Part shown: positions 1 through 9,805 of the stretch, piece by piece
Layout: the number at the start of each line of letters is the position of its first letter
Position numbering within the stretch: the first letter of the stretch is position 1
Origin: a virus
Taxonomy: Duplodnaviria > Caudoviricetes
Direction: 5' to 3' (one strand)
Length of the DNA stretch: 64,000 bases
Virus record (IMG/VR): IMGVR_UViG_2623620512_000004
Span: 8,375 to 72,374 of that record
Program-made: the position numbers and the translations under genes
Notes under the pieces: generated by a model
What the model saw: the letters and a program-made list of their open reading frames with translations, nothing else
Databases searched by the model: none
Told to the model about the DNA's origin: nothing

Positions 1-796
1 TAGGATAGGCCTGCGAGTTACTGTTAGGACTGCCATACGCACTGATGGCATAGGCCTCAACGATACTGGCAATACCCTTGGCGAAGTTACCTATACAGAT
101 AGGACGTGTGACATACTTGTTGCCTCGGCTGTCGTAACTTATCTCGAAGTTCCAGATATACGGTGCGGAGTTGTCCGCTGATGGTCTGTCCGTGCTCCAT
201 GAGCCGCTGACAGAACAGGTCTCTCCGTTGGCATAGGTGGCCACACCGTCCACAAACGACTTCGTGTTAGGATAGCCGCTTGGAGGTGTGGTGTCGCTGT
301 TTGACGTGGCCCAGTACTCTTGACAGCCTGCATAGTACGCACCGACACCTATCTGAGAGACAGAATAGGAATCGGTAGTGTCACCATCGGAATAGACTAC
401 ATGGGTCTTTGTGTACAGCCAGTAGCCGTCCGTCAATGAAGATGGGAACGCACCCCAGTTGGTGATGGTCGCAGGGTCAACAGGGCTTGCCTGCTGACTG
501 TACGTTACTACGGAACTCTGAATACCTCTTCCGTCAATACCCATTCTCGATACGGAATAGGCATCGGTATAACTGCCATCGGAATATGCAACGTGTACCC
601 ACGTCCAGAGGTAACTACCATCTGCTACAGTGGGAACAGTCTGCTTCCAGTCACTTGACGAATCGGCAGGATGAGTAGTGCCAGACGTACTGGCAGCATA
701 CTTCGTGAATGAGTTCATCCTGTCAACGGTAACGCCAGTGCCAGGCTGTCCGTCCTGTGCCTGCCATCTGACAGGGAACGCTCCTTTTATCTTCAT
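1..796 (-). CDS. Tail fibre-like protein, truncated at the window edge
   Basis: Manual translation from ATG at 796: MKIKGAFPVRWQAQDGQPGTG..., with repeated (W/Y)LWT/YLYT..V.YSDG..TDAYSVS units typical of phage tail fibres; the frame stays open to position 1. Confidence 0.7.
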   Translation of the reverse strand, partial: MKIKGAFPVRWQAQDGQPGTGVTVDRMNSFTKYAASTSGTTHPADSSSDWKQTVPTVADGSYLWTWVHVAYSDGSYTDAYSVSRMGIDGRGIQSSVVTYSQQASPVDPATITNWGAFPSSLTDGYWLYTKTHVVYSDGDTTDSYSVSQIGVGAYYAGCQEYWATSNSDTTPPSGYPNTKSFVDGVATYANGETCSVSGSWSTDRPSADNSAPYIWNFEISYDSRGNKYVTRPICIGNFAKGIASIVEAYAISAYGSPNSNSQAYP

Positions 797-808
797 AGAC
801 TAAACGGT

Positions 809-1207
809 TTAATAGTGTGTCATTACTTCGTGAGCGGCCTGTGCGCACATATTTCTGAATGCACAGAACTCACCGAACTTCTTGATAACCTCGTTGTCGA
901 GGGCTTCCTTGAACTTGGCCCAACTGCTTGCTCCTGCAGCAGCCTCAACGATGCTGTCAACGGCATTCATCAGCAGTCCGAACTCATCCTTCTGTGCGAA
1001 GCCTGCCTCAATCAGCTGCGACTTGATGTGGCCGTAGTCGATTTGGTGGTCAATCTCCACAGGGATGAAGGAATAACCTTGAACCTCATTGCCCTGCTCA
1101 TCGGTCTGGGCTTCTTGTTTGATGTCAAGGCTAACGATACGGTTGGCCTTGTCATAGACTGGAGGGCAAATCTCACTCCAACGTCTCTGCAAATTTCCTG
1201 TAATCAT
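809..1207 (-). CDS. Hypothetical phage protein directly downstream of the RT (possible tail-fibre chaperone; not recognisably Avd)
   Basis: 132-aa ORF, tightly packed between the RT and the tail fibre gene. Confidence 0.55.
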   Translation of the reverse strand: MITGNLQRRWSEICPPVYDKANRIVSLDIKQEAQTDEQGNEVQGYSFIPVEIDHQIDYGHIKSQLIEAGFAQKDEFGLLMNAVDSIVEAAAGASSWAKFKEALDNEVIKKFGEFCAFRNMCAQAAHEVMTHY

Positions 1208-1219
1208 ATCAATCAGTTT

Positions 1220-2653
1220 TTAGTGAAACAATACTTCCTGTTTGGTGTCCTCAAAGACAATCTTATCGCCATATTCAATGACCTTGCGGCCATCGACCTC
1301 GAGAATTTCCACTTGGTCAAGGTCAACAACGTAATGCTTGTTACCGTCATCCTTGAAGGCTACCATGAGCCTTGTGACATTGTTACGAAGCATATCATCG
1401 AAGAAGTTCTTGACCTCCACGGAGTTTACTATCAGCTTATACCAGTTATCCATGAAGAGCACCCTAAGAGCATAACGGCCTTCACCATGAGAGGTCTTGA
1501 TGCCTCTGAGGCAGCGGTCACACTCAACGGCCTTGCCGAACTTCGTAAGCATTTCCATGCCTATCTTCGGTTCGTCAATGAACGGCACTCCGTTGGAATC
1601 CTTGCGCTCTGTGCGCTTGATGCCAGTGTTCTTGTATCTTACTCCCATATACTTTTTCGGTAGTTCCCTGCCTGTTTTCATGCACCAGAGACGCTTGCAG
1701 TGGGTGTTTCCCCATTTCAGCATACCCCAAGCAGCGTCATCCAGTTCCCTCAGACGCTTCTTGTTTGTAACTTTGCTACGATGTCTCAGCCAACGCTTCT
1801 TGTCTGACTTGCGCCACCACATATCGTTCTTCACACCATAGTACACGAAGCCCAGCATATCCATACCTTCGCTGATACGGTGGATTTTAGGCTCATGGGT
1901 GTTGAAGCCCAGATCGTGGAGGTACTTTATTGCCCTCTTCATCTTGCGCTTGACCTCGCCCTTGGTGGCTCCAGTGAACATGAAGTCATCAAGGTAACGC
2001 TTGTAGTCTGCGCACTTGTTCTCTTCTGTCATGAAGTGGTCGAAATCCTTCAGCGTGAGGTTGCCGATGCTCTGGCTTGGACGTATGCCGAGTGGAATAC
2101 CCTTGCCCTCTGGAGCGAACCGCTCAAACGGCTCCATGAAAGTGTCAACAAACTTCTTATCCTTAAACAGGCGTTCCAAATCCTCTCTGATAAGGCTGTG
2201 AGGGATATTGTCGTAATACTTGCAGACGTCACCCTGTCCGTACCACCGTTCTGTCCTGCGGTACTTACTCAGTGACTTCTTCATTTCAGTAGCGCACAAT
2301 ATCTGGCCATATCCTTTACGACTTGCGTATGTATGACGTATGAGGCTCCTGTCTATTCTCCTGTTTCCGGCCATGGTAATCAACTGGTGCTGAATGTGGG
2401 AGGGATGGAAGTGCAACTTCGCTATGTCCCTAAGTTTGTCCTGTCCGCTGACACGCTGCTCGTGCTGATATTCATCAGTGCGCATGGTGCCGTTCAAGAC
2501 AAACTGCTGAATCTCGATGAGGTTGCGCCAACGGTTCCCGATATGTCTGATGACACCGGGGTTCCGCATCTTCCTGTTCGTGGATATGCGCTCTGCCTCA
2601 ACGATGTTTTCCCACACCGCCATCTGTTCATATATATGGCCTTCTCTCTTCAT
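1220..2653 (-). CDS. DGR-type reverse transcriptase with a ~140-aa C-terminal extension
   Basis: RT motifs GDVCKYYDNI, GIPLGIRPSQ (the SQ typical of DGR RTs) and RYLDDF; adjacent to a TR/VR pair. Confidence 0.95.
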   Translation of the reverse strand: MKREGHIYEQMAVWENIVEAERISTNRKMRNPGVIRHIGNRWRNLIEIQQFVLNGTMRTDEYQHEQRVSGQDKLRDIAKLHFHPSHIQHQLITMAGNRRIDRSLIRHTYASRKGYGQILCATEMKKSLSKYRRTERWYGQGDVCKYYDNIPHSLIREDLERLFKDKKFVDTFMEPFERFAPEGKGIPLGIRPSQSIGNLTLKDFDHFMTEENKCADYKRYLDDFMFTGATKGEVKRKMKRAIKYLHDLGFNTHEPKIHRISEGMDMLGFVYYGVKNDMWWRKSDKKRWLRHRSKVTNKKRLRELDDAAWGMLKWGNTHCKRLWCMKTGRELPKKYMGVRYKNTGIKRTERKDSNGVPFIDEPKIGMEMLTKFGKAVECDRCLRGIKTSHGEGRYALRVLFMDNWYKLIVNSVEVKNFFDDMLRNNVTRLMVAFKDDGNKHYVVDLDQVEILEVDGRKVIEYGDKIVFEDTKQEVLFH

Positions 2654-2871
2654 TCTGTTCGCTTGCTATCGTTTCTATGTGAAGCGTTCAAATCCATTAC
2701 TGGCTTACTAACGTCACGGGCGGGACGGCTGACCGTACACCGCGCAAGGTGAATGTTGTTCCGACCCAACACGTGCTATACATACGCACACGCTGCCGAG
2801 GCTCCAGGTACTCGGGTGTTTTCCCATGACGCAGTACTGACACCCTTATTGTTTTCTTGACTAACGTAGTT

Positions 2872-2980
2872 AGGCGAGCCGAGATGTTCGAGTTCGAGTT
2901 CGACCAAGCGTTGTTCGAGTTCGCATAAGCGAGACCGCAATTCGCACCGTTGTTCGAGTTACCGCCAATGAGCCACAGCT
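2872..2980 (-). ncRNA. DGR template repeat (TR)
   Basis: AAC-rich 109-nt repeat; differs from 3159-3267 at 16 positions, all of them adenines of the - strand TR. Confidence 0.95.
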
Positions 2981-3068
2981 TCACTACCTTTATGCCTACC
3001 ATCGGAGTTATGGTTTTTTCTGTTGTTGACTTACAGGGATTGTTTAACTTTCTGTTAGTGGAGTGATG

Positions 3069-3088
3069 GCAGGGGGGAAACCCCCTGC
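3069..3088. promoter_or_regulatory. DGR target-recognition hairpin/cruciform downstream of VR1
   Basis: GCAGGGGG-GAAA-CCCCCTGC: an 8-bp GC-rich stem with a 4-nt loop just after the target stop codon, the same geometry as the Bordetella BPP-1 hairpin. Confidence 0.85.
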
Positions 3089-3097
3089 ACCCCCTCC

Positions 3098-4432
3098 TTA
3101 CGAATTGAGTTCAATTAGTCTCTGGATAGACACCTTCTGCACGTTGCCATAGTATGCAAGGCGAGCCGAGAGGCGCGAGGCCGAGGCCGACCAAGCGTTG
3201 CTCGAGAGCGCATAAGCGAGACCGCAAGCCGCACCGTAGCTCGAGTCACCGCCAACGAGCCACAGCTGACCATTAGCATCATACCAGAAGTTATCGCCAT
3301 AGGAGATACCAGAGATAGATTGCTTCGGAATCATATAGACACCTTGGCCTTCCTCTGAGGCGATAATGTTCATGGCCCATACGGCACTTGTAGGACGTGT
3401 CAGCTTAACATGGTCGATGTTAGCGAAGGTGTCCGCTGTAGGAGTGCCAGAAGGCATAGTGTTACCTCTCCAGAAGTAAACATCAGTACCTACAGAACAC
3501 AAGCCCTGCAGCATTTCCCATTTCTGACCCCAAGGGTTCTCGAAGCCTGCTACGCTGACGCAGTGACAGGTGTTGCTGTTGGCATCCGTTGTCGCTACGT
3601 TGCCGTCATAGTCACCAAGGCTGAGAGTGATACCAGTCTTGATGTTCTTCTGGCCATCGAAGCCACCGCTGTTCTCTGTACCGTCCAGACCGACACCCCA
3701 GACAAGGGTATTGTCAGAGCCCTTACAGTTCTGGCTATCACGCCAAGCGTACTTAGCCATCATGTGGAACAGGAGGTGGTTACGGAAGTCCAGACCTGCG
3801 AGACCGTGGTTCTTCGAGCGTAACTGTGCCTTATCCCAGAAGCCTTTGACGGTCTGGCTGTCAGCAGTGACAACACCGGGCAACGAGCGAAGTTTGCCGT
3901 CCACGATGGAGCACTTGAACTTGCCGACCACCAACTGAGGAATCTCATAGCCGCCAGGCAGTGGTACGAGTGACAGCCAGAGACGCTGCACGGTGGTAGC
4001 ACCGATAGTCTTTGTCTGCACACGGCCATAGGTCTTAGGAACAATCTTCATGAAGTCGCAGTTGGCGAGAGAGGAAATGACAGTGCCATCGTTGTTCAAG
4101 AGAGACATACCCTCTTCCGAAAAGCGGCCGTCATTGCGGTTCAGCACAGCACAGTTGCCGTTGGCATCCATGATGACAGAGACAGCGGAATCCTCCAATA
4201 ACTGCCTCATGTGCATATTACCGCCTACGTCTACCCTTGTGCTGCCAAGGCTCGAAGCCTTGTTGACATCAATGTAGAACGCAAGGTCATTCAAAACTTC
4301 CTCATCGTTGTCGTTGAGGTGTTGACGGAACTCTTCGATGGTCATCTGTCCGACTTTACCACCGAAGTTTCCGAAGATACTGTTTCCGTCACTCATGGAG
4401 TGAACGAAATCCGCATTGATTAACTTTTTCAT
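3098..4432 (-). CDS. DGR target 1: putative receptor-binding/tail protein with a C-type-lectin-like C-terminal domain
   Basis: GFENPWGQKWEML and GG...G..CGL......SARL motifs; contains VR1; lies in the tail module. Confidence 0.85.
   Translation of the reverse strand: MKKLINADFVHSMSDGNSIFGNFGGKVGQMTIEEFRQHLNDNDEEVLNDLAFYIDVNKASSLGSTRVDVGGNMHMRQLLEDSAVSVIMDANGNCAVLNRNDGRFSEEGMSLLNNDGTVISSLANCDFMKIVPKTYGRVQTKTIGATTVQRLWLSLVPLPGGYEIPQLVVGKFKCSIVDGKLRSLPGVVTADSQTVKGFWDKAQLRSKNHGLAGLDFRNHLLFHMMAKYAWRDSQNCKGSDNTLVWGVGLDGTENSGGFDGQKNIKTGITLSLGDYDGNVATTDANSNTCHCVSVAGFENPWGQKWEMLQGLCSVGTDVYFWRGNTMPSGTPTADTFANIDHVKLTRPTSAVWAMNIIASEEGQGVYMIPKQSISGISYGDNFWYDANGQLWLVGGDSSYGAACGLAYALSSNAWSASASRLSARLAYYGNVQKVSIQRLIELNS
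3159..3267 (-). repeat. DGR variable repeat 1 (VR1)
   Basis: 109-nt copy of TR with 16 adenine-specific substitutions, at the 3' end of 3098..4432. Confidence 0.95.
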
Positions 4433-4443
4433 ATATCAAGGAT

Positions 4444-5481
4444 TTAGAGTGTTGCTGTTACCTGTACGTCAGCATCGGCATGGTACGCACCTTCGCCAGA
4501 GCCTACCAGACAGTGGTCTGGAGTGATGGTGACGGTGGCTCCTGTGCCACTGGTCTTTTGCTCTCCGACAGCGTTGAACACCTGCCAAGCATACGAGACG
4601 GCTCCTGCATACGCACTGCCGTTCTTGGTCACTGAGAGGGTGTACACAGCGTTATGGCCGATACCTACGTAGTTGCTTCCTGCGTTGGTTGGCGTGTAAG
4701 CAATCTGGTACTCATCGGCAATATCGTTGATTCTCTGGCTGTCCTGTGCAACGGCATTGTTGTTCAAGAACAACTTAGCGATGAAGATACTACCGCCCTC
4801 GACCATGGCCCTTGTGACAGTGAGGGTGTTACTGGTCTGACCGGAAATCTCAGTGCCGTCTTGATACCACTTTATCGTATAGCCGTTGCTGCCGATGGTC
4901 ACAGGGTCTGTACCATAGTAGCCTACGGCTGTGAGGGTGGCCGTGGTATTGGTATCATCAATCTCTACCCTGTTGGTAGTAATCTGAAGGATATGGCTGT
5001 CAGAGCCTGCCGTCTGGATAAGCACGTCAACATTACCCTGTACCTTGTCGGTCATGGCGTTGCAGACGTAGTTCACCTCATACGTAATCTGTTGGTTGGC
5101 CACCACACTTGCGGATGCGAGGTTGGCGACAACCTTCAACTCGTAGTAGTTACCATTGATACGTGCTTGGAAGCGAGCATCATTACTTGCCGTCACCCAT
5201 GTAGAGCCGTCCAGCGTGAAGTTCAAGGTCACACCTGCATAGGCCCATGTGACACTCGTAATCTCTGCCGTATAGCCTGCCGAGGAACGGACGCCTAACT
5301 GTACGATAGGCTGATTGGCCGCAACACTCCAGTCTGGCGATACCGCTCCACTCGTTGGGTCTACGACTTGGAACAAAGCGGCACCATTACCGTTCTGGTC
5401 AATGACATTGCGGACAACAAACACTTGGTCTCCGTTACGAAGGAAGCGGACGGAGAAAGCCGCACCTGCTGTCTTACTCAT
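4444..5481 (-). CDS. Tail/baseplate protein with Ig-like repeats
   Basis: Beta-rich 345 aa with YTIKWYQDG...LTV and YAWQV...TVTIT Ig-like signatures. Confidence 0.6.
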   Translation of the reverse strand: MSKTAGAAFSVRFLRNGDQVFVVRNVIDQNGNGAALFQVVDPTSGAVSPDWSVAANQPIVQLGVRSSAGYTAEITSVTWAYAGVTLNFTLDGSTWVTASNDARFQARINGNYYELKVVANLASASVVANQQITYEVNYVCNAMTDKVQGNVDVLIQTAGSDSHILQITTNRVEIDDTNTTATLTAVGYYGTDPVTIGSNGYTIKWYQDGTEISGQTSNTLTVTRAMVEGGSIFIAKLFLNNNAVAQDSQRINDIADEYQIAYTPTNAGSNYVGIGHNAVYTLSVTKNGSAYAGAVSYAWQVFNAVGEQKTSGTGATVTITPDHCLVGSGEGAYHADADVQVTATL

Positions 5482-5684
5482 TTCTTATGCTTTTTCATAT
5501 AGTTAATAACCTCTGATTCCTCCATGAGTTCTCCACCAAGCAACTGTGCAGCATCTTCAATGTCTGCATCCACAAGGCGCAATTCGTTCTCATTGACAAT
5601 CATCTTATTGTCGATGGTGATGTGCAGGGCAGGAACCAAGCCGTACTGCTCACCTTTCTTCGTGACTATGATAGCGTACTTCAT
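5478..5684 (-). CDS. Hypothetical protein (tail module)
   Basis: 68-aa ORF, closely coupled to both neighbours. Confidence 0.55.
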   Translation of the reverse strand: MKYAIIVTKKGEQYGLVPALHITIDNKMIVNENELRLVDADIEDAAQLLGGELMEESEVINYMKKHKK

Positions 5685-5687
5685 AAC

Positions 5688-6947
5688 TTATCCTATTAGC
5701 GGTTCGTCATTCTCATCAGTAAATACCACATCGTTCTCATCAGTCAGCAGTTCGTCCTTGCCGTGAGCATCAACGTTGAACCAGAGGTCGAAGAAACTGT
5801 CATTGACGGTAAGGCCGATGTCAAGGCCCTCGATGGCTGCAAGGAGGTGTTCGCCTCTCTGCCAAGACTTCTCGGCTGCATACTTCCATGTGCCGTTATC
5901 GTTGTACTTGGCCTGCGTCATCCACTGGATGAGATAGAAGCACTCTGGGTACTCAATCATCCTGTCTGCGAGATTCAGCAGGACGTTGTTCTCATAGACC
6001 TGCTGTGATGGCGAAATATCGGCATTTCTCAGAGGCTTGCCAAAGGACGGCATGGTAGTGGACGTATGCAGGCCGATGGTAGCCTGTGCCACTACGGCAC
6101 TGTTCTTGATGAACTGCACATCGTATTCTGCCTTGTCAATCTGGCGCATATCGAACTTGATGGTGGGATAGGTTGCCAACATCAGTTCTGGGCTTGCCTC
6201 GCTGTTTGGCGTGAGGGCTGTTGACTGGCCATGACGCACAACACGCATGGTAACGCCTGCAGACAACGAGTTCTGGAGTGATGTTCCAGAGACCAGAATG
6301 ACATTCACGGACTGCTCATAGCACTTGCCAGAGACATAATCAGCCCTTGTGCCTTGCACGGTGATTCCTCTGGCCACCTTGTATTCGTACAGCAGGAGGT
6401 CATCAAACAAGGGATCGTATTCCACCAGAGGCTTGTCAACGGAGCATGACAGGGAATCGTCACCCTTGTCAGTGCAGGTGAGCGACATTTCATCACTCTC
6501 CACGTTATACACGATGCCTGTACGCCAGTCAAGAAACGAGCCCTTGAAACGGAGCACGGCCTTTGACGATGCAGGGAGGTTCTTGTTGATGGTCAACGCA
6601 CCTCGGAGGTCTGTAGCAGTAGTGTTGATGGTGTAGTCAGTAGTGACAGTCCACACATCTTCGATAGGCTCACCGTCCACATACCACTGAATGGTGTCAA
6701 GAGAGAGATACGAGTTCGCAGGGCCATGATGGAAAACGTTGTCTGGGTCTGCTGCCCTCACATCTGGGAATATCACCGTAGGGGTCAGCGCCCTGTTCGG
6801 CTCATACTGAGGTGTGCCAGACAGAACGTTGATGCTCTGGGTGGCAGGAGAGAGAGGCGTGAGACATACCAACGAACAGCTGACGGTCAGCGGCTCAAAC
6901 TTCACTCTGGTATGTGACCTCTGTGATGCAAATTGATTCTCGTTCAT
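5688..6947 (-). CDS. Structural tail protein (hypothetical)
   Basis: 419-aa beta-rich ORF inside the tail operon. Confidence 0.6.
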   Translation of the reverse strand: MNENQFASQRSHTRVKFEPLTVSCSLVCLTPLSPATQSINVLSGTPQYEPNRALTPTVIFPDVRAADPDNVFHHGPANSYLSLDTIQWYVDGEPIEDVWTVTTDYTINTTATDLRGALTINKNLPASSKAVLRFKGSFLDWRTGIVYNVESDEMSLTCTDKGDDSLSCSVDKPLVEYDPLFDDLLLYEYKVARGITVQGTRADYVSGKCYEQSVNVILVSGTSLQNSLSAGVTMRVVRHGQSTALTPNSEASPELMLATYPTIKFDMRQIDKAEYDVQFIKNSAVVAQATIGLHTSTTMPSFGKPLRNADISPSQQVYENNVLLNLADRMIEYPECFYLIQWMTQAKYNDNGTWKYAAEKSWQRGEHLLAAIEGLDIGLTVNDSFFDLWFNVDAHGKDELLTDENDVVFTDENDEPLIG

Positions 6948-6950
6948 ATC

Positions 6951-9755
6951 TTAACTGTTATAGTTTGCCTGTGCCTGTGCTACATTGTTCGCTGCATCCG
7001 TAGCAACAACACTGAAAACAGCGGCTATCTTGTGGATGCCGTCTATTCCCAAGTCATTGAAACTTATCTGGAAGGGGTTCTGCACACTCGTATGCTGTGC
7101 GTTCCATACCGCATCGGAGGCGGCATCACCTGTGTTCCTCGTTACCGAGAAGTGAGTAAACTCATCCGTGACATTGACACCATAGCCGTTGAGGATGGTA
7201 CATGACACATCTTCCGTCTCGCCAGGAGCCAACGTACCGCCAAGAGACTGCTCGATGAACATTCTGTAGTCGATACGCTCAAAGGTGTCTAACTGTCCGA
7301 AGATATACGCATTGCCGAATACCTGTCCGTAGCCGTGGAAAGTTTTGGTATAGGGCTGTCCGCTTGAATCTATGGCAGGCATCGAGAAACCTTCTATATG
7401 GCCTCGAATCTCATAGTAGTTGGCAGGCTGAAATTCCCAAGTGGAAACGCCTGTGAGAGCCAAGGAATACTCCGTTGTCGTATAGATGAACGCCTGACGC
7501 TGAGTGTTGCTGACATTGCCACGCCCTGCGAACGTCATGCCTACGAACGGATGGAAACCGTTACCACCGTCCAACTGGCTTCTGAGAATGTAGGTGAAGT
7601 TCTGGTTGTTCTGGCCGCTGACAGACGTTATCTGGAAATACACGGTCTTGAAGCCTGCGAACGTGAAGTTACCGACATTATCATCAGTGTTCGCATTCGC
7701 ATTGCCAGAGAGGTCATGCCAGATACCCATGCACAAGTCACCGACAGCGATAGCACCTACCTCACCATCCTCCAGTTTCAGTGTGCCGGAGCCTATCTCC
7801 GCTCCCTGTGCGTCTGGTGTGACAGATTCGATGATACCACCTCCGAAGGTGTCCCATCTGATACCTGTGTAGATGGATATGCGGTTATACCTCAGTTCTG
7901 GCACCTCCAACCACTCCCACAGCTTCAGAGAGCGCATTTCTCCGTTACCGTTGCCGTCAATGTTACCACCACGGCCAACAAGGCCAGGAACGAACTGAGC
8001 ACCGAACTGAGCACCCTTCTTGTGGATGGACTTCTCTTCAAAGGTTATCTGGCCAATGGCGGTGTCTGCCCTGTCCCTGCGAAGGAACTGCTTGTCAGAG
8101 CGTTTTGCCGAATATACGTTGTAGTCACTGGCAGGGGTCTGAGAGGTGGTTGTGATGACATACACGCCAGAGCCTCCAGAACCCTCGCTCTGGTAGGTCA
8201 CACCGTTGTACGTAAGGCTGTCAACCTTTCCCTGCAGGTCCTTGAAGTGAGAATACACCTGCGCCTCACCGACAGTATATTTCGGAGTGTCGTAAGGTAT
8301 ATCCAGTTTCATTTCAAAGCCAATGATTCTGGAACTGCGTCCGTTCGGGAAATACGTTGGGTTGAGCAACTGCACCTTCTGACCGAGGCTGTAGCAGACG
8401 AAAACTTCCGTGTCCATCTTGTTCGAGTACCAGTCAGAGCGCATCGTACACTCATACGTGTTGGGGTCAACCTTCATATCTTCCAACTTGTTACAGACGG
8501 CATTGTACAGTTCCATTTCTGCGTCATCAATGATGCCTGTCTCTGCTATCTGGGTAGCGTCCCAGTTGTACAGTACGAAATGGTCGTTCACGGATGGATG
8601 CAGGTCTGGGTCTGGCAGGAAACGGCCATAGTCCTCGTTGGCTACCACCTCATAGTAGTGGTCAGTATTGTCGTACTGGCACTCGAAGTCCATGCCGTTC
8701 ATACTACCGCTTGTGAACTGGATATGCAGGGTCTCGCCTTCAAGAATCATGTTGGTATTGAAGTTGAAGCCGCTGCCATCGTACAGACGATAGAACGTTC
8801 TTGTGATGGTCTCGCCAGTCTCTTCGTCCTCAACAGTTTTCTGGTAGGTCTCTATCCTGCTGATATAACAGTCCACTTTCGGATAGATGTTCTCATCAAT
8901 GACTACAGCCTCGACAGCTTCCGTCTCGTTCTGGATCGTAGCGTCCTGCACATAACCATAGGGGCAAAGGGAGAGAGGAAGCATCAATCGCTTCTGGACT
9001 ACGCCATTGTGAATGATGTCCGCTCCTTGGTCCTCTCTGTAATTCGATGGCAGGTTGCGAGTAGAGCCAAAGGCAATGATACGTGTAGCAAACTCCTTAC
9101 TGCTCTTTGAACTACTCATTTCCTCGACATTCTCATCCAGTTCGAAGTCTATCTCTTCACCGCTGAGTTCGCACTTGCCGAAATAGATGACGTTGGCCTC
9201 TACCCACCATTCACACTCATAGGCCGTTGCCAGTTCGTTCAGTGCCGAGATAAAGTCAATATCTTGGTACTGTACCAACTTAGCGGCATCAATCTTGTCA
9301 GCAGGGAAATTCACCAACTGGAACGTAAAACTCTGGGTCAGATTGTACCTGTAGTTCGTATCAAGATTACCGAGGGCATTGATGCCTGCGACAATGAGCG
9401 TCAGATGGGTAGAAATGGTGGCCGTGAGGTTGAACGATGTCTCACTGGCACTGGATGCAGGGTTGTACCTGCACTTCTTGTTCTTCCACTTGATGTAGTA
9501 CGCATCCAACTGGAGTTCGTACTTGTATGCTCCGCTGTCAACATCGAACTTGGGGGCATAAGGGTAGGTGAGTTCGAAGTGGCCGAAGTCTGGCAGTTCA
9601 ATGTAGTCACCGACTTTCAGATAGATAGGCTCATCCAGTGAGAATGGCAACTTCACATAGTGGTCTGCCATCAGTTCCCTGTGAACCAATGAACCCTCTG
9701 GCACTGCGTCAAAGGTGTGGATGGTGTTTCCGTTGAGCCTCTTTATCTGTATCAT
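6951..9755 (-). CDS. Baseplate hub/Tal-like tail protein
   Basis: 934 aa; ELMADHYVKLPF and ATRIIAFGSTRNLP motifs of Bacteroidetes phage tail proteins; follows the distal tail gene. Confidence 0.7.
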   Translation of the reverse strand: MIQIKRLNGNTIHTFDAVPEGSLVHRELMADHYVKLPFSLDEPIYLKVGDYIELPDFGHFELTYPYAPKFDVDSGAYKYELQLDAYYIKWKNKKCRYNPASSASETSFNLTATISTHLTLIVAGINALGNLDTNYRYNLTQSFTFQLVNFPADKIDAAKLVQYQDIDFISALNELATAYECEWWVEANVIYFGKCELSGEEIDFELDENVEEMSSSKSSKEFATRIIAFGSTRNLPSNYREDQGADIIHNGVVQKRLMLPLSLCPYGYVQDATIQNETEAVEAVVIDENIYPKVDCYISRIETYQKTVEDEETGETITRTFYRLYDGSGFNFNTNMILEGETLHIQFTSGSMNGMDFECQYDNTDHYYEVVANEDYGRFLPDPDLHPSVNDHFVLYNWDATQIAETGIIDDAEMELYNAVCNKLEDMKVDPNTYECTMRSDWYSNKMDTEVFVCYSLGQKVQLLNPTYFPNGRSSRIIGFEMKLDIPYDTPKYTVGEAQVYSHFKDLQGKVDSLTYNGVTYQSEGSGGSGVYVITTTSQTPASDYNVYSAKRSDKQFLRRDRADTAIGQITFEEKSIHKKGAQFGAQFVPGLVGRGGNIDGNGNGEMRSLKLWEWLEVPELRYNRISIYTGIRWDTFGGGIIESVTPDAQGAEIGSGTLKLEDGEVGAIAVGDLCMGIWHDLSGNANANTDDNVGNFTFAGFKTVYFQITSVSGQNNQNFTYILRSQLDGGNGFHPFVGMTFAGRGNVSNTQRQAFIYTTTEYSLALTGVSTWEFQPANYYEIRGHIEGFSMPAIDSSGQPYTKTFHGYGQVFGNAYIFGQLDTFERIDYRMFIEQSLGGTLAPGETEDVSCTILNGYGVNVTDEFTHFSVTRNTGDAASDAVWNAQHTSVQNPFQISFNDLGIDGIHKIAAVFSVVATDAANNVAQAQANYNS

Positions 9756-9775
9756 GCGACAAAATTACGAAATTC

Positions 9776-9792
9776 TATTTGAATAACAAATA
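9776..9792. promoter_or_regulatory. Palindromic operator TATTTG-N5-CAAATA over the -33 box of a - strand promoter
   Basis: Near-identical sites at 22023, 30592, 43078, 52794 and 60976, each followed about 8 nt later by TAnnTTTG. Confidence 0.65.
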
Positions 9793-9805
9793 CATTTAAC
9801 TGTTT

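Noticed and set aside
809-1207. Possible avd gene
   Set aside because: The size fits, but it is acidic with a beta-like N-terminus and lacks recognisable Avd features; unresolved without a structure search.
1220-2653. RT as a group II intron or retron
   Set aside because: The SQ motif, the adenine-specific TR/VR pairs and the hairpin identify a DGR.
2697-3002. 101-aa Asn-rich ORF
   Set aside because: It is the translation of the DGR template repeat (AAC codons) plus spacer, which acts as RNA.
7398-9110. 570-aa + strand ORF and similar long + strand ORFs (815..1663, 4654..5298, 29107..29865, 40760..41554)
   Set aside because: Antisense shadows of well-supported - strand genes, with no recognisable motifs.
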